This document shows positions 9,401 through 18,070 of a stretch of DNA of 64,000 nucleotides, in pieces (the first letter of the stretch is position 1; every line of letters begins with the position of its first letter). The notes under the pieces are model-generated. The model ran no database searches and had not been told where the DNA came from. It was given only the letters and a program-made list of their open reading frames with translations. Source of the DNA: Dehalococcoidia bacterium (lineage in GTDB: Bacteria; Chloroflexota; Dehalococcoidia; Lucifugimonadales; UBA3495); NCBI GenBank assembly GCA_965222895.1, contig CBDCVB010000002.1, positions 1,005,608 to 1,069,607 of the forward strand, read 5' to 3'. A program made the position numbers and the translations under genes.

Positions 9401-9524
9401 CCTACTCCGGGCTGATGTCCGTTTTCCCGCACCCAGGTATCTATTGTCGGTCCGCTACCCTCCGATTTTCCGAAGGAAACTATCCGGATAAGTGGTCCGA
9501 CTGACGCATCTTGCCAACTCATCA

Positions 9525-9806
9525 ATGGCCCATTGCCTGTCCCCGGACCTGGAGGTTGGCGTCAAGGATGGCCGCATCCACGCGCTGGCCGGCGTGCGCG
9601 CCGATACCGGCGAGTGTTTGACTCTGAGTGTTACCCGCCTAAATTTGGCCAACGCCCTGACCCGTTTGCACGAGTTGGCTGATGGCGCAGGTTTCATGCT
9701 GGGCCACAACCTGATCGATTTCGACCTGCACCATCTGAGGGCCACCAACCCCGACCTGCGGCTATTGACGTTGCCAGCGGTGGACACCCTCCGGCTGAAC
9801 CCCTTG
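9525..9806 (+). pseudogene. N-terminal DEDD-type 3'-5' exonuclease (RNase H-like) domain of a larger protein, truncated by IS1595
   Basis: GFMLGHNLIDFDLHHL and LPAVDTLRLNPL resemble the exonuclease N-domain of large helicase-nuclease proteins. Homology ends at ~9806, where IS-type sequence begins. Confidence 0.5.
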
Positions 9807-10921
9807 CTTTGGGAATTATATACTTGTGTACACCAAACGCTTGACTGCTACCCTCTGCCGGTGTACACTGATGCTATAAATCAATTGGAAGGTTGAATGA
9901 TGGCTACTACACAATCCGGCCCCGGCAAGTCATATCGCAAGGGCGTTACTATCGTTGAAGCCGCGCAACGCTTTGGCAACGAAGTCGAAGCCGAAGCTTG
10001 GTTTGTCTCCCGTCGCTGGCCCGATGGCATCCGTTGCGCTTACTGCGATGGGGCTTCTATCACACCCCGCAGTAACGGTCGCCAAACCCCTGCCTATCGT
10101 TGCAATCCCTGCAAGCGGGATTTCACGGTAAAGACGGGAACGATTATGCACGATTCCAAACTGCCGCTTTCCAAGTGGGCGATGGCCTTGTACCTGTTTG
10201 CGACTAACCTGAAGGGCGTCAGCAGCATGAAGTTGCATCGGGATTTGGGTATCACCCAAAAGTCGGCCTGGCACCTGGAACATCGTATCAGGGAGACATT
10301 GAATGACGAAGCGCAAATGTTCCTCGGCCCGGTGGAAGCCGATGAGACCTATATCGGCGGCAAGGAAGGCAACAAGCACGAAAGCAAGAAACTGCACCAG
10401 GGGCGCGGGGCAGTCGGCAAGACCGCCGTGGCTGGGGTCAAAGACCGAAACACCAACACCGTTGACGCCGCCGTAGTAGCACGCACCGACGGCCCCACCC
10501 TGCGGACCTTCGTTCACGAGCACACTCAGCCAGATGCTACCGTCTATACCGACGAAGCGGCGGTCTATCGGCGGTTGAACCAGCCCCACGAAGCCGTTCG
10601 CCACAGCGCGGGCGAGTACGTCAACGGTATGGCCCACACCAACGGGATTGAATCCTTCTGGGCGATGCTGAAACGGGGTTACATCGGCATCTATCACTGG
10701 ATGTCGGCCAAGCACCTGCACCGCTATGTCAACGAGTTCAGCGGCCGGCACAACATTCGCCCCCTGGATACGCTGGGGCAGATGGCGGCAATGGTGCGTG
10801 GTATGGACGGGAAGCGGCTGACCTACGCCGCGCTGACCGGCCCTGCCCCCACACTCCAACCGCAGCTGATTCGGGAGTGATGCGAAAGGTCAAACAGAGG
10901 ATTAGCGGTTCAAGGAGTGGG
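9807..10921 (+). mobile_element. IS1595-family insertion sequence (boundaries approximate)
   Basis: Single transposase gene with its own promoter-like TTGACT-17nt-TACACT (9841-9869). The left boundary is inferred from the break in the exonuclease gene; the right end was not resolved. Confidence 0.6.
9897..10880 (+). CDS. IS1595 family transposase
   Basis: 327 aa with an N-terminal Zn-ribbon (CAYCDG...YRCNPCKRDFTVKTGTIMH), VEADETYIGGK, TVYTDEAAVY and NGIESFWAMLKRG. Confidence 0.85.
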   Translation: MMATTQSGPGKSYRKGVTIVEAAQRFGNEVEAEAWFVSRRWPDGIRCAYCDGASITPRSNGRQTPAYRCNPCKRDFTVKTGTIMHDSKLPLSKWAMALYLFATNLKGVSSMKLHRDLGITQKSAWHLEHRIRETLNDEAQMFLGPVEADETYIGGKEGNKHESKKLHQGRGAVGKTAVAGVKDRNTNTVDAAVVARTDGPTLRTFVHEHTQPDATVYTDEAAVYRRLNQPHEAVRHSAGEYVNGMAHTNGIESFWAMLKRGYIGIYHWMSAKHLHRYVNEFSGRHNIRPLDTLGQMAAMVRGMDGKRLTYAALTGPAPTLQPQLIRE

Positions 10922-10929
10922 TGTCGTAA

Positions 10930-12381
10930 GTAACTGTTCAGAGTTGCGGGGAAGTGAGCAGTTGTCGGCAAGCGGCGAGGGGATTCAGTCCTTGGGCGCG
11001 CCAGGTGCCGAAGAGGGAGGCCAGGGTCATCTTGCTGCTGCTGCCCCGTTCCGACCGGGTGCCGCCGCTGATCTTGCGACTGACGACCAGGTGGCGCAGG
11101 CTGCGTTCGGCGGCGTTGTTGTCCGGTGGCGCCTCCGGTTCGGCCACGAAGACGAACAGTTCTTTGATATGGCGCTCAATGCGTCGGCACAGCTTGGCCT
11201 GAGCCGCTGACGAGTCGTCCAAGCAAGGCTGGCAGAGGGCCAGCAACTGCCGTTCCAGGGCCAGTTGGGCGGCGCGTCGCCGCTTGGTCTGAGGATGGGC
11301 GCTGGCTTTGGCCCGGTCGTAAATCTCGTGGACGGCGTCGGCCCACTGCGCCAGCTTTTGGTCCTTCGGATAGAGGACCTTCAGGTCGTGAATGTCCCGC
11401 AACAGGTGGGCCCAGCAGCGTTGCTTGGGGCCGTCATAATGGTGGTAGGCGGCGTAGAAGTCGCTGACCAGCACACCGGCGAAGGTGTCGCCCAGAGCTT
11501 CATCCACCACTTCCTTGTTGCGACCCCGCCGCAGGAAGTAGCGCGCCGATGGTGTGCTGAAAGTCCACACGTAGCCGTTGTTGCCATCCTCACGCCAGCC
11601 GGTCTCGTCGGCGTGGACCACTGGGCTGGCGCGGACTTGGGCCAGAATCCGGTCCACGGCGGCCTGGGCCCTTCGCGCGGTGCGATGCACCGCAGCCATG
11701 ATGGCTCCCATGCTGAGGCGCAGCCCATGGACGGTGTGCAGATACCATTGGATGGCGCCGACGGGCAGGCGGGCCTCCTCTCGCAGCGTGGCAATCAGAC
11801 TGACCAGGTTGATACCCAGGCGCTGCTGGCCCATCACCACGCCGTCCAGTTGCGCCGGGGGCACGCAGCGGCGGCGGCAAGCCGGACAATCCCTGGCGAT
11901 GTAGACGTGCTCGGTAACTTCCGCCGGAACCTGGGGCAACTCGATGACCTCCCGGGTGCGCTGGGTCCAGCCACCGGACAACTGGGTTCCGCAGTCGGGG
12001 CAGTGGTCCACCACATGCTCCACCCGACGGGTGGGCGTCATGCGACGGCGGGCAAAGCCGTGGGGCCGCCGCTGGCGTGGCGCTTTGGGCTGGGCCGGTT
12101 TCCGGCTGGCTTCGGGTTTGAGGCCGGGCATCCCCCGGGCGCCACTGGGTTTGGCCCGCCCTTCCAGCTGAGCAATCCGCTGCTCCAGGCGCTCGATGAC
12201 GGCCTGCTGTCGGGCTATGATGGCCTCTTGTCGGGCTATGATGGCGATGAGCACATCGCGGTCAGCGGTGGACAGGTCGATTTCCGAATCCATACCCGTT
12301 ATATGACATAACCACAACCCCACGCGCAAGCCATCCCCAAACCGCTTTGAACCAATTCCCCCACCAAGTCTGAACAGTTAC
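10930..12381 (-). mobile_element. IS66-family insertion sequence, complete copy 2 (1452 bp) with 8-bp target duplication TGTCGTAA
   Basis: Terminal inverted repeats are GTAACTGTTCAGA (10930) and TCTGAACAGTTAC (ends 12381). Direct repeats TGTCGTAA lie at 10922-10929 and 12382-12389. Confidence 0.9.
10938..12293 (-). CDS. IS66 family transposase (TnpC-like)
   Basis: 463-aa ORF track entry. The likely start is MDSEIDL (cat 12291-12293). Contains the leucine-zipper-like N-terminus, CPDCG...CPACRRR Zn motif and DETGWRE...DFYAAY. Confidence 0.9.
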   Translation of the reverse strand: MDSEIDLSTADRDVLIAIIARQEAIIARQQAVIERLEQRIAQLEGRAKPSGARGMPGLKPEASRKPAQPKAPRQRRPHGFARRRMTPTRRVEHVVDHCPDCGTQLSGGWTQRTREVIELPQVPAEVTEHVYIARDCPACRRRCVPPAQLDGVVMGQQRLGINLVSLIATLREEARLPVGAIQWYLHTVHGLRLSMGAIMAAVHRTARRAQAAVDRILAQVRASPVVHADETGWREDGNNGYVWTFSTPSARYFLRRGRNKEVVDEALGDTFAGVLVSDFYAAYHHYDGPKQRCWAHLLRDIHDLKVLYPKDQKLAQWADAVHEIYDRAKASAHPQTKRRRAAQLALERQLLALCQPCLDDSSAAQAKLCRRIERHIKELFVFVAEPEAPPDNNAAERSLRHLVVSRKISGGTRSERGSSSKMTLASLFGTWRAQGLNPLAACRQLLTSPQL

Positions 12382-12397
12382 TGTCGTAAAACCCCGG

Positions 12398-12426
12398 TAG
12401 ACAATTTACGACACCCCCGCTATAAT
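12398..12426 (+). promoter_or_regulatory. sigma70-like promoter TAGACA-17nt-TATAAT upstream of the methyltransferase gene
   Basis: TAGACA at 12398-12403 and TATAAT at 12421-12426. The ATG lies 30 nt downstream, at 12456. Confidence 0.5.
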
Positions 12427-13420
12427 GCGGCGAGCGCAATCTGGCGAACCGTCTGATGACCAAGTTGAACGTTGCCAACCGCACCTTGTCTGTCATGGAC
12501 AACCTGCGGTTTATAAGGTCGCTCAACAACGAGTGCATTGACCTGATTGCCATTGACCCGCCCTTTGCCACCAACGAGACTTTCACCAGGAAGCCAAAGC
12601 CACCGGTCACCGAGGCGGAACTGGCGGAAGAAAAGGAACTGGCGGCGGCTCACGGCGCGGAGCACAACGAAGGGATTGGCGAAACCAGGGTACGAGACGT
12701 GTGGAGCTGGGACGCCGATGTGCATCCTGACTGGAAGGCTCGCATCGCCGATGATTATCCCAAGGTTCACGCCGTGATTGAAGCAGTGGAAGCCTGCGCC
12801 AGCGAAAACGATGCTGCTTACATTGCATTTATGGCCGCCAGGTTGCTGGAATGCCGGCGGGTGCTGAAGCCGGACGGCAGTATCTATGTCCATTGTGATG
12901 ACCGGGCCAATAGTTACCTGCGGATGCTGATGGACGCGATCTTTGGCGCAGCCAACTTGCGCAATCAGATTGTGTGGCGGCGCGCCATAGCTCACAATGA
13001 TGCCACTCGGTACGGAAATATCACCGACACGCTTCTGTACTATGCTATGTCAAAGAATTGCACGTGGAACGGGAGTGAGATTGCCGACCCCAAGACAGTT
13101 GAACAATTACTTACTGCTTACCCACAAGAAGACGCGCGTGGGCCGGTCAGGTTCTCCGACCTGACCGGCCCAGGTCCCACTAACGGGGAATCGGGGCAAC
13201 CTTGGCAAGGTTATGACGTAGCGGCCAGAGGAAGACATTGGGCTCCACCCAAAGCATCCGACTATGCCAATTGGATAGAACGCAACATCATTCCTTGCTA
13301 CACCAAACTGACCGGCGTTCATGCCCGGCTTGACGCACTGGACAATGCAGGATTGATCACGCATCCAAAGAAGGGAGTATGGCCTGGATTGAAACGGTAT
13401 GCCACGGCAGATAGAGGCAG

Positions 13421-13534
13421 GTAACAGTTCAGACTTGCAGGGACCTGCCGACTATTCGGCTAGCTGTGGAGGGGCGACCAAACACGGAATTTCCACTGCA
13501 AACCGCTTCCGTCCCATCAAACGTGAACAGTTAC
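13421..13534. mobile_element. 114-bp MITE with IS66-type terminal inverted repeats and an 8-bp target duplication
   Basis: Ends are GTAACAGTTCAGACTTG... and ...GTGAACAGTTAC. Flanking direct repeats are AGAGGCAG (13413-13420) and AGAGGCAA (13535-13542). Confidence 0.8.
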
Positions 13535-13593
13535 AGAGGCAACCCTCCCCAAAACTTGGTACTGCATCCTACGGGTTTTACCAACTACAGCAC

Positions 13594-13603
13594 GGGGGGG
13601 GGG
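13594..13603 (+). repeat. homopolymeric G10 tract inside the methyltransferase reading frame
   Basis: Counted directly. With the MITE removed, G11 or G8 would be in frame and G10 is not. Confidence 0.9.
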
Positions 13604-14399
13604 AGTTCGTCGGCTACGCCACGCAGAAGCCGTTAGCGCTGTACGAGCGCATCATCAAGGCCAGCAGCAACCCCGGCGACGTGGTATTGGACATCTTCGC
13701 CGGCTGCGCGACTACCGCAGTTGCCGCCGAGCGGCTGGGGCGGCAATGGATTGCCTGCGATATGGCCTACCGGAGCTGGACGATGCTCAAACGTCGTTTC
13801 TACCTCAATGGCATTGCGCTGGAAGGCACTACCGACGCCACCAAAGAGGCGCTGGCATCGGTCAAAAAGGACCAGGTGTTTCAGGAACCCCAGCAGTGGA
13901 CGACCAGTTGCGTCATTGGCCCCGGCAACTTGCCGGAGCGGGATGATGTTGACCCGGAGCCACATCATCAGTTACGGCAATCACGCGGCAAGAACCGAAC
14001 CAACCAAAATGCCAATTGGTCGGGTCGCATCTCCAAAGAGGACGCCAAAGAACTGTTGGTCAAGCGATTTGGCCCGGTCTGCTGGGGCTGTGGGTACGAA
14101 CCGCGCCGGCCCAACAGCACCTGGGATCTAACGCTGTTGGAAGTAGACCACATCCGGGCGCGTAATGCGGCGGAGGGAATGTCTGGCAATGACGAACTTT
14201 ATAACCTGGCCTTGTTGCATCGCACCTGCAACATCGTCAAAGGCAACCGTCTGACGTTGCGCGAACTGCGTCAACACAATGCAGAGCAGATGATGCTGTA
14301 CGTGCAAAAGGTGAGCGACTTGGTTGACATCTTCCAGGCCCAGGAATTTGCGATGGAAGAAATTATGCGACGGGGTGTACAAGGGTCACTGGTCGCCTG

Positions 14400-14585
14400 A
14401 TGCCAGAGGAGAGCAAAATGCCGCAGAAGAAGGAACGGGGCCGGCCCAGCCGTCCAATGCCGGAAGTGAAAGTTTCATCCATTACGCCCGAAGATTTGGC
14501 GGATATAATCGTGCGGGCCAAACCCAAGAAAACATGGCGATACTTAACCGAAGCGCGGGAAGCGCGTGATAAGGGCAAGCCGTAA
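14400..14585 (+). CDS. small basic hypothetical protein (AT-hook-like KKERGRPSRP)
   Basis: 61-aa ORF whose start overlaps the MTase-HNH stop (TGATG). Confidence 0.3.
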   Translation: MPEESKMPQKKERGRPSRPMPEVKVSSITPEDLADIIVRAKPKKTWRYLTEAREARDKGKP

Positions 14586-14624
14586 TGGTCGCGCTGGTGT
14601 ACACAGGTATGTAATTCCCCTAAT

Positions 14625-15518
14625 TTACGAGGCCGGGTAATTGCCCAGCCACCACCGCGCGATGTCGATGCGACGGGGCAGCCAGACCTCGGGCTTGCCC
14701 TTCACATATTCCAAGAACCGGCGTAACGCCGCCGCCCGGGCCGGCTTGCCGATGATGCGGCAATGGAGTCCTACGGACATCATCTTGGGGTGGGTTGCTC
14801 CCTCCCGGTAAAGAGTGTCGAAGCAGTTGCGAGCCGCCTCGAAGAAGTCGTTGGGCGTTGACAACTGGCCGCGCCAAAATCCGTAGTCGTTGACCTCCAA
14901 CGAGTAGGGCACCACCAGCCACGGGTTGCCGTGGACCTCAGTGTAATAGGGCAGGTCGTCGTTGTAAGCGTTGCAGTCGTAGACGAAACCGCCCTCCTCT
15001 ACCACCAGCTCCCGGGTGTTCACGCTGGGTCCATAACGCGTGTACCAACCCAGAGGTCGCTGCCCGGTAGTGCGGGTGATGGAGGCCACGGCCTGATTGA
15101 TGGCCTCCCGTTCAGCGTCCCGATCCATCCTGTAGTATTCTTCCCATCGGTTGCCGTGGCCCATTACCTCGTGTTCCCGGCGAACCAACTCCGGCCCCAC
15201 TTCCGGGTTGCGTTCCAAGGCCAGGGCGCAGGCGAAGAAGGTCGAGTTGACTCCATACTCATCCAACAGGTCCAGGATGCGCCAGACACCGACCCGGCTG
15301 CCATACTCGAAGAAGGACTCATTGGCCAAGTCCCTCTCACCTCTGGCTACCGGCGACGGCGACTCGCCAACCGTCTCGCCGTGAGGATCCCCATCCAGGA
15401 TGGAATTTTCGGACCCCTCCTCGTAGTTGACGACAAACGATACGGCAATCCGGGCGCCGTTGGGCCATTCAACCGCCGGCGGGTTGGGGCCGTAGCCGAT
15501 CAGGTCGCGTCCTGCCAT
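14625..15518 (-). CDS. puuE: polysaccharide-deacetylase-family protein, PuuE-type allantoinase-like
   Basis: 297 aa with IAVSFVVNYEEGSE, GSRVGVWRILDLLDEYGV and MMSVGLHCRIIGKPAR, typical of PuuE. Confidence 0.75.
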   Translation of the reverse strand: MAGRDLIGYGPNPPAVEWPNGARIAVSFVVNYEEGSENSILDGDPHGETVGESPSPVARGERDLANESFFEYGSRVGVWRILDLLDEYGVNSTFFACALALERNPEVGPELVRREHEVMGHGNRWEEYYRMDRDAEREAINQAVASITRTTGQRPLGWYTRYGPSVNTRELVVEEGGFVYDCNAYNDDLPYYTEVHGNPWLVVPYSLEVNDYGFWRGQLSTPNDFFEAARNCFDTLYREGATHPKMMSVGLHCRIIGKPARAAALRRFLEYVKGKPEVWLPRRIDIARWWLGNYPAS

Positions 15519-15618
15519 GAGATTGCTCCTCCTTCTCCCCGGTACGGCAGCCCGGCCTACTCAGAGAACCACGAACGGACTGGAATCTGCGGACGCTTAT
15601 GTAAACGGAAAGGGCCGG

Positions 15619-16524
15619 TTAGCCGCCCCGCCAAGGGTTGATCCCTGTGGTCTTCATCCGCATTCGGTAAACTGAGCTACGGGCGGTGAAGTACATGGTG
15701 CGGTAGTCAGAGTCACCCCAGGCGCAGTTGGCCGGAATCTCGGGCAACCGTATGATACCCACCAGGGAACCGTCAGGCTCAAAGACCCAAACTCCGCCCG
15801 CGCCGGTGCAGTATACCCGGCCGTCGGTATCAACCTTCATCCCATCGGGGACGCCGTCCTCCGCCGAGTGCATATTGGCGAACAGCCGACTATTGCTCAC
15901 CGAGCCATCTGGGGCCACGTCGTAGGCCCGCATGTACTGGTGGGTACAAACCTCCCCATGTTCTTTCTCCGCGGCGCATTCGTCGCCGCGGCGGGTGTTG
16001 TCGGCGTACAGGATAGTTTCGTCGGGAGAGAAGGCCAGGCCGTTGGGCGATTCCAGGTCGGTGACCACGGCGGATACCGTGCCGTCGGGGGCGATGCGGT
16101 GGATGCCGTGGAAGTCGATTTCCCGCTCTTCCGGGGGCAGGCGAAGGCCGGGGCTGGTGAAGTAGATGCTTCCGTCGGAGCGGCACACCACATCGTTGGG
16201 ACGGTGCAACCGCTTGCCCTCCCAACGGTCGGCGATTACGGTGATGGAGCCGTCGGGTTCCCAACGGGTCATCTGCCGGTCGTCCCCGTCGCACATTATG
16301 ATTCTGCCCTGGAGGTCGAAGGTCAGGCCGTTGGCGCCCCCACTGTTTCCCCGTATGACCTCTGGTTCGCCGCCGGGCGCCAGGCGATAGATGACGTTGA
16401 TGCGGTTGTTCACGAACAAAAGATAGCCGTCCGGGTGCCACAGTGGCCCCTCGGTAAACTCGAACCCGGTGGCCAGCCGTTCCGCCTCGGAGGATTCTAC
16501 GATTTGATCCAAATTATCGGGCAT
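15619..16524 (-). CDS. SMP-30/gluconolactonase/LRE family protein
   Basis: 301 aa with FTEGPLWHPDGYLLF, GANGLTFDLQGRIIMC, RPNDVVCRSDGSIYFT and PNGLAFSPDE. Confidence 0.85.
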   Translation of the reverse strand: MPDNLDQIVESSEAERLATGFEFTEGPLWHPDGYLLFVNNRINVIYRLAPGGEPEVIRGNSGGANGLTFDLQGRIIMCDGDDRQMTRWEPDGSITVIADRWEGKRLHRPNDVVCRSDGSIYFTSPGLRLPPEEREIDFHGIHRIAPDGTVSAVVTDLESPNGLAFSPDETILYADNTRRGDECAAEKEHGEVCTHQYMRAYDVAPDGSVSNSRLFANMHSAEDGVPDGMKVDTDGRVYCTGAGGVWVFEPDGSLVGIIRLPEIPANCAWGDSDYRTMYFTARSSVYRMRMKTTGINPWRGG

Positions 16525-16804
16525 AGTGGCCTCCTGATGCTGGTTAGTCGGAATCGTGGTGCTTCACCGATGGACTGATGGACGTCTCCCTCAGCCTTTC
16601 GGCGATTTGCCGGATGGCGTCGTACAAACGCCGGTGCAATTGCAACCTATGCAGTTCGTTGGCTCGTATCTGCCGCTGACTATATCATGCTGAACAAGCC
16701 GGAAGCCGTATAAACAACGGTCCGGCGAGACTGATGCTCACGAAGGACGACTCGGATATTTAGATCTCGGATGTCCAGGATGGCGGTTGCGGAATGGCGA
16801 GGTT

Positions 16805-17857
16805 CTATTGCCGGAACTTGGGCATCACTTCCTTGGCGAAAAGCTCCATTGAACGCAATACCCTGGAGTGCTCCATGCTGCCGAAGGACATGCTGGCGCC
16901 AAAGTACCCGATGCCGTGTTCGTCGCGTAACTTGGTGATTCGCTGCACACATTGCTCCGGCGTGCCAAAGTAAGCAGTAGTCTCCAGTTCCGATTCATAA
17001 GTGGCCGGTTCGACAGTGCGGGTTCGACGCCAGTGGTCCAGGTCCACATTGATTTCATCGCCGTGGGTCAAAGTGCGCCGATAACCACCCAGATCCCGTA
17101 CCCAGGTCAGAGACTGGCGCGGGTATTCCCGAGCTGTCAGTTCGTCTTCGTCCAGGTACACAAACCGGAAGTAGGGCATTTCCTCCAGGGGCAGATCCTT
17201 TCCGGCAGCAGCGCAACGTTCGGCATAAAGGGAAAACAGGCCCAGATTATCGGCCTCCGGGGTAGAAAAGCTGGTCAGGATGGGCAGGTCTCGCGATACG
17301 GCAACGTCCACACTGGCGGGGGTACGGGATACGGCCAGATACACCGGGGGATGGGGCCGTTGTACGGGTTTGGGAGCTATCGTAAGGTCTCTCACCTGAT
17401 AAAACTCGCCCTGAAAAGTGAAATCGTCCTCGGTCCACAACCCCAGGATAATGTCCAGGGCCTCCTGGGTTCGCGCGTCCCGGGTGTCAAAGTCGACATT
17501 GAAGTTGCCATATTCGTAATCTGCCGAACCGCGTCCAACCCCGAAGTCCAGCCGGCCGTGGCTTAGAACGTCCAGCATGGCGCTCTCTTCAGCCAGGAAA
17601 ATGGGGTTGTGGAAAGGCAGGACGCTGACGCCGGCCCCGATCCGAATCTTCTTCGTACGTGCCGCGATGTTGCAGAGCAGCGGCATCAGGGAAGGGCAGA
17701 TGCCGTACCGGCTGGAGTGATGCTCCGCAATCCAGATCGAATCAAAGCCCAACTCCTCGGCGTATTCAACCTGTTCCAGCATCTCACCAAAGATCCGGCT
17801 TTGAGCGCTGGTCTCCGGCTCCGTCCAGGAACCCAGCAAAAACAGGGCAAACTTCAT
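16805..17857 (-). CDS. LLM-class flavin-dependent oxidoreductase
   Basis: 350 aa with GFDSIWIAEHHSS and LDVLSHGRLDFGVGRGS. Confidence 0.85.
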   Translation of the reverse strand: MKFALFLLGSWTEPETSAQSRIFGEMLEQVEYAEELGFDSIWIAEHHSSRYGICPSLMPLLCNIAARTKKIRIGAGVSVLPFHNPIFLAEESAMLDVLSHGRLDFGVGRGSADYEYGNFNVDFDTRDARTQEALDIILGLWTEDDFTFQGEFYQVRDLTIAPKPVQRPHPPVYLAVSRTPASVDVAVSRDLPILTSFSTPEADNLGLFSLYAERCAAAGKDLPLEEMPYFRFVYLDEDELTAREYPRQSLTWVRDLGGYRRTLTHGDEINVDLDHWRRTRTVEPATYESELETTAYFGTPEQCVQRITKLRDEHGIGYFGASMSFGSMEHSRVLRSMELFAKEVMPKFRQ

Positions 17858-18070
17858 AATGGATGTGGGCCTCCTTCAAGCTAACCTGGAGCGATTCTAC
17901 AGGTTTTGGAGAAAGTTTGCTCGCTGGTGCCTATCTTGCCGGCCAATTTGGGGCGGCGATATGGCGGGACGGTCAGCTTGGTCGGGGCAGGGAGCTACTC
18001 CGGGCCTGCATATGCAAAAGCCCGATCAAAGGCGTAAGCCATAACAGCCTGGCTGGAAGGGTGAGACCGT

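Larger units (their letters stand above)
12456..14400 (+). pseudogene. DNA N6-adenine/N4-cytosine methyltransferase (beta-class) fused to a C-terminal HNH nuclease; disrupted by a MITE and an out-of-frame G10 run
   Basis: Motif IV is IAIDPPF (ORF 12456-13424). YATQKPLALYERII and motif I VLDIFAGCATT lie in ORF 13399-14400. The HNH reads CWGCGY...LEVDHIRAR...LLHRTCNIVKGN. The two halves are in different frames. Confidence 0.85.

Noticed and set aside
9841-9880. TTGACT ... TATAAA as a promoter with 28-nt spacing upstream of the IS1595 transposase.
   Set aside because: The spacing is far too long. The alternative TTGACT-17nt-TACACT (9841-9869) fits better and is the one reported within the IS feature.
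16560-16800. Minus-strand reading ...RQIRANELHRLQLHRRLYDAIRQIAERLRE... resembling the C-terminal helix of a GntR/FCD regulator, upstream of the LLM gene.
   Set aside because: Only ~35 residues of weak similarity with no N-terminal HTH part. It is too short to call without a database search.
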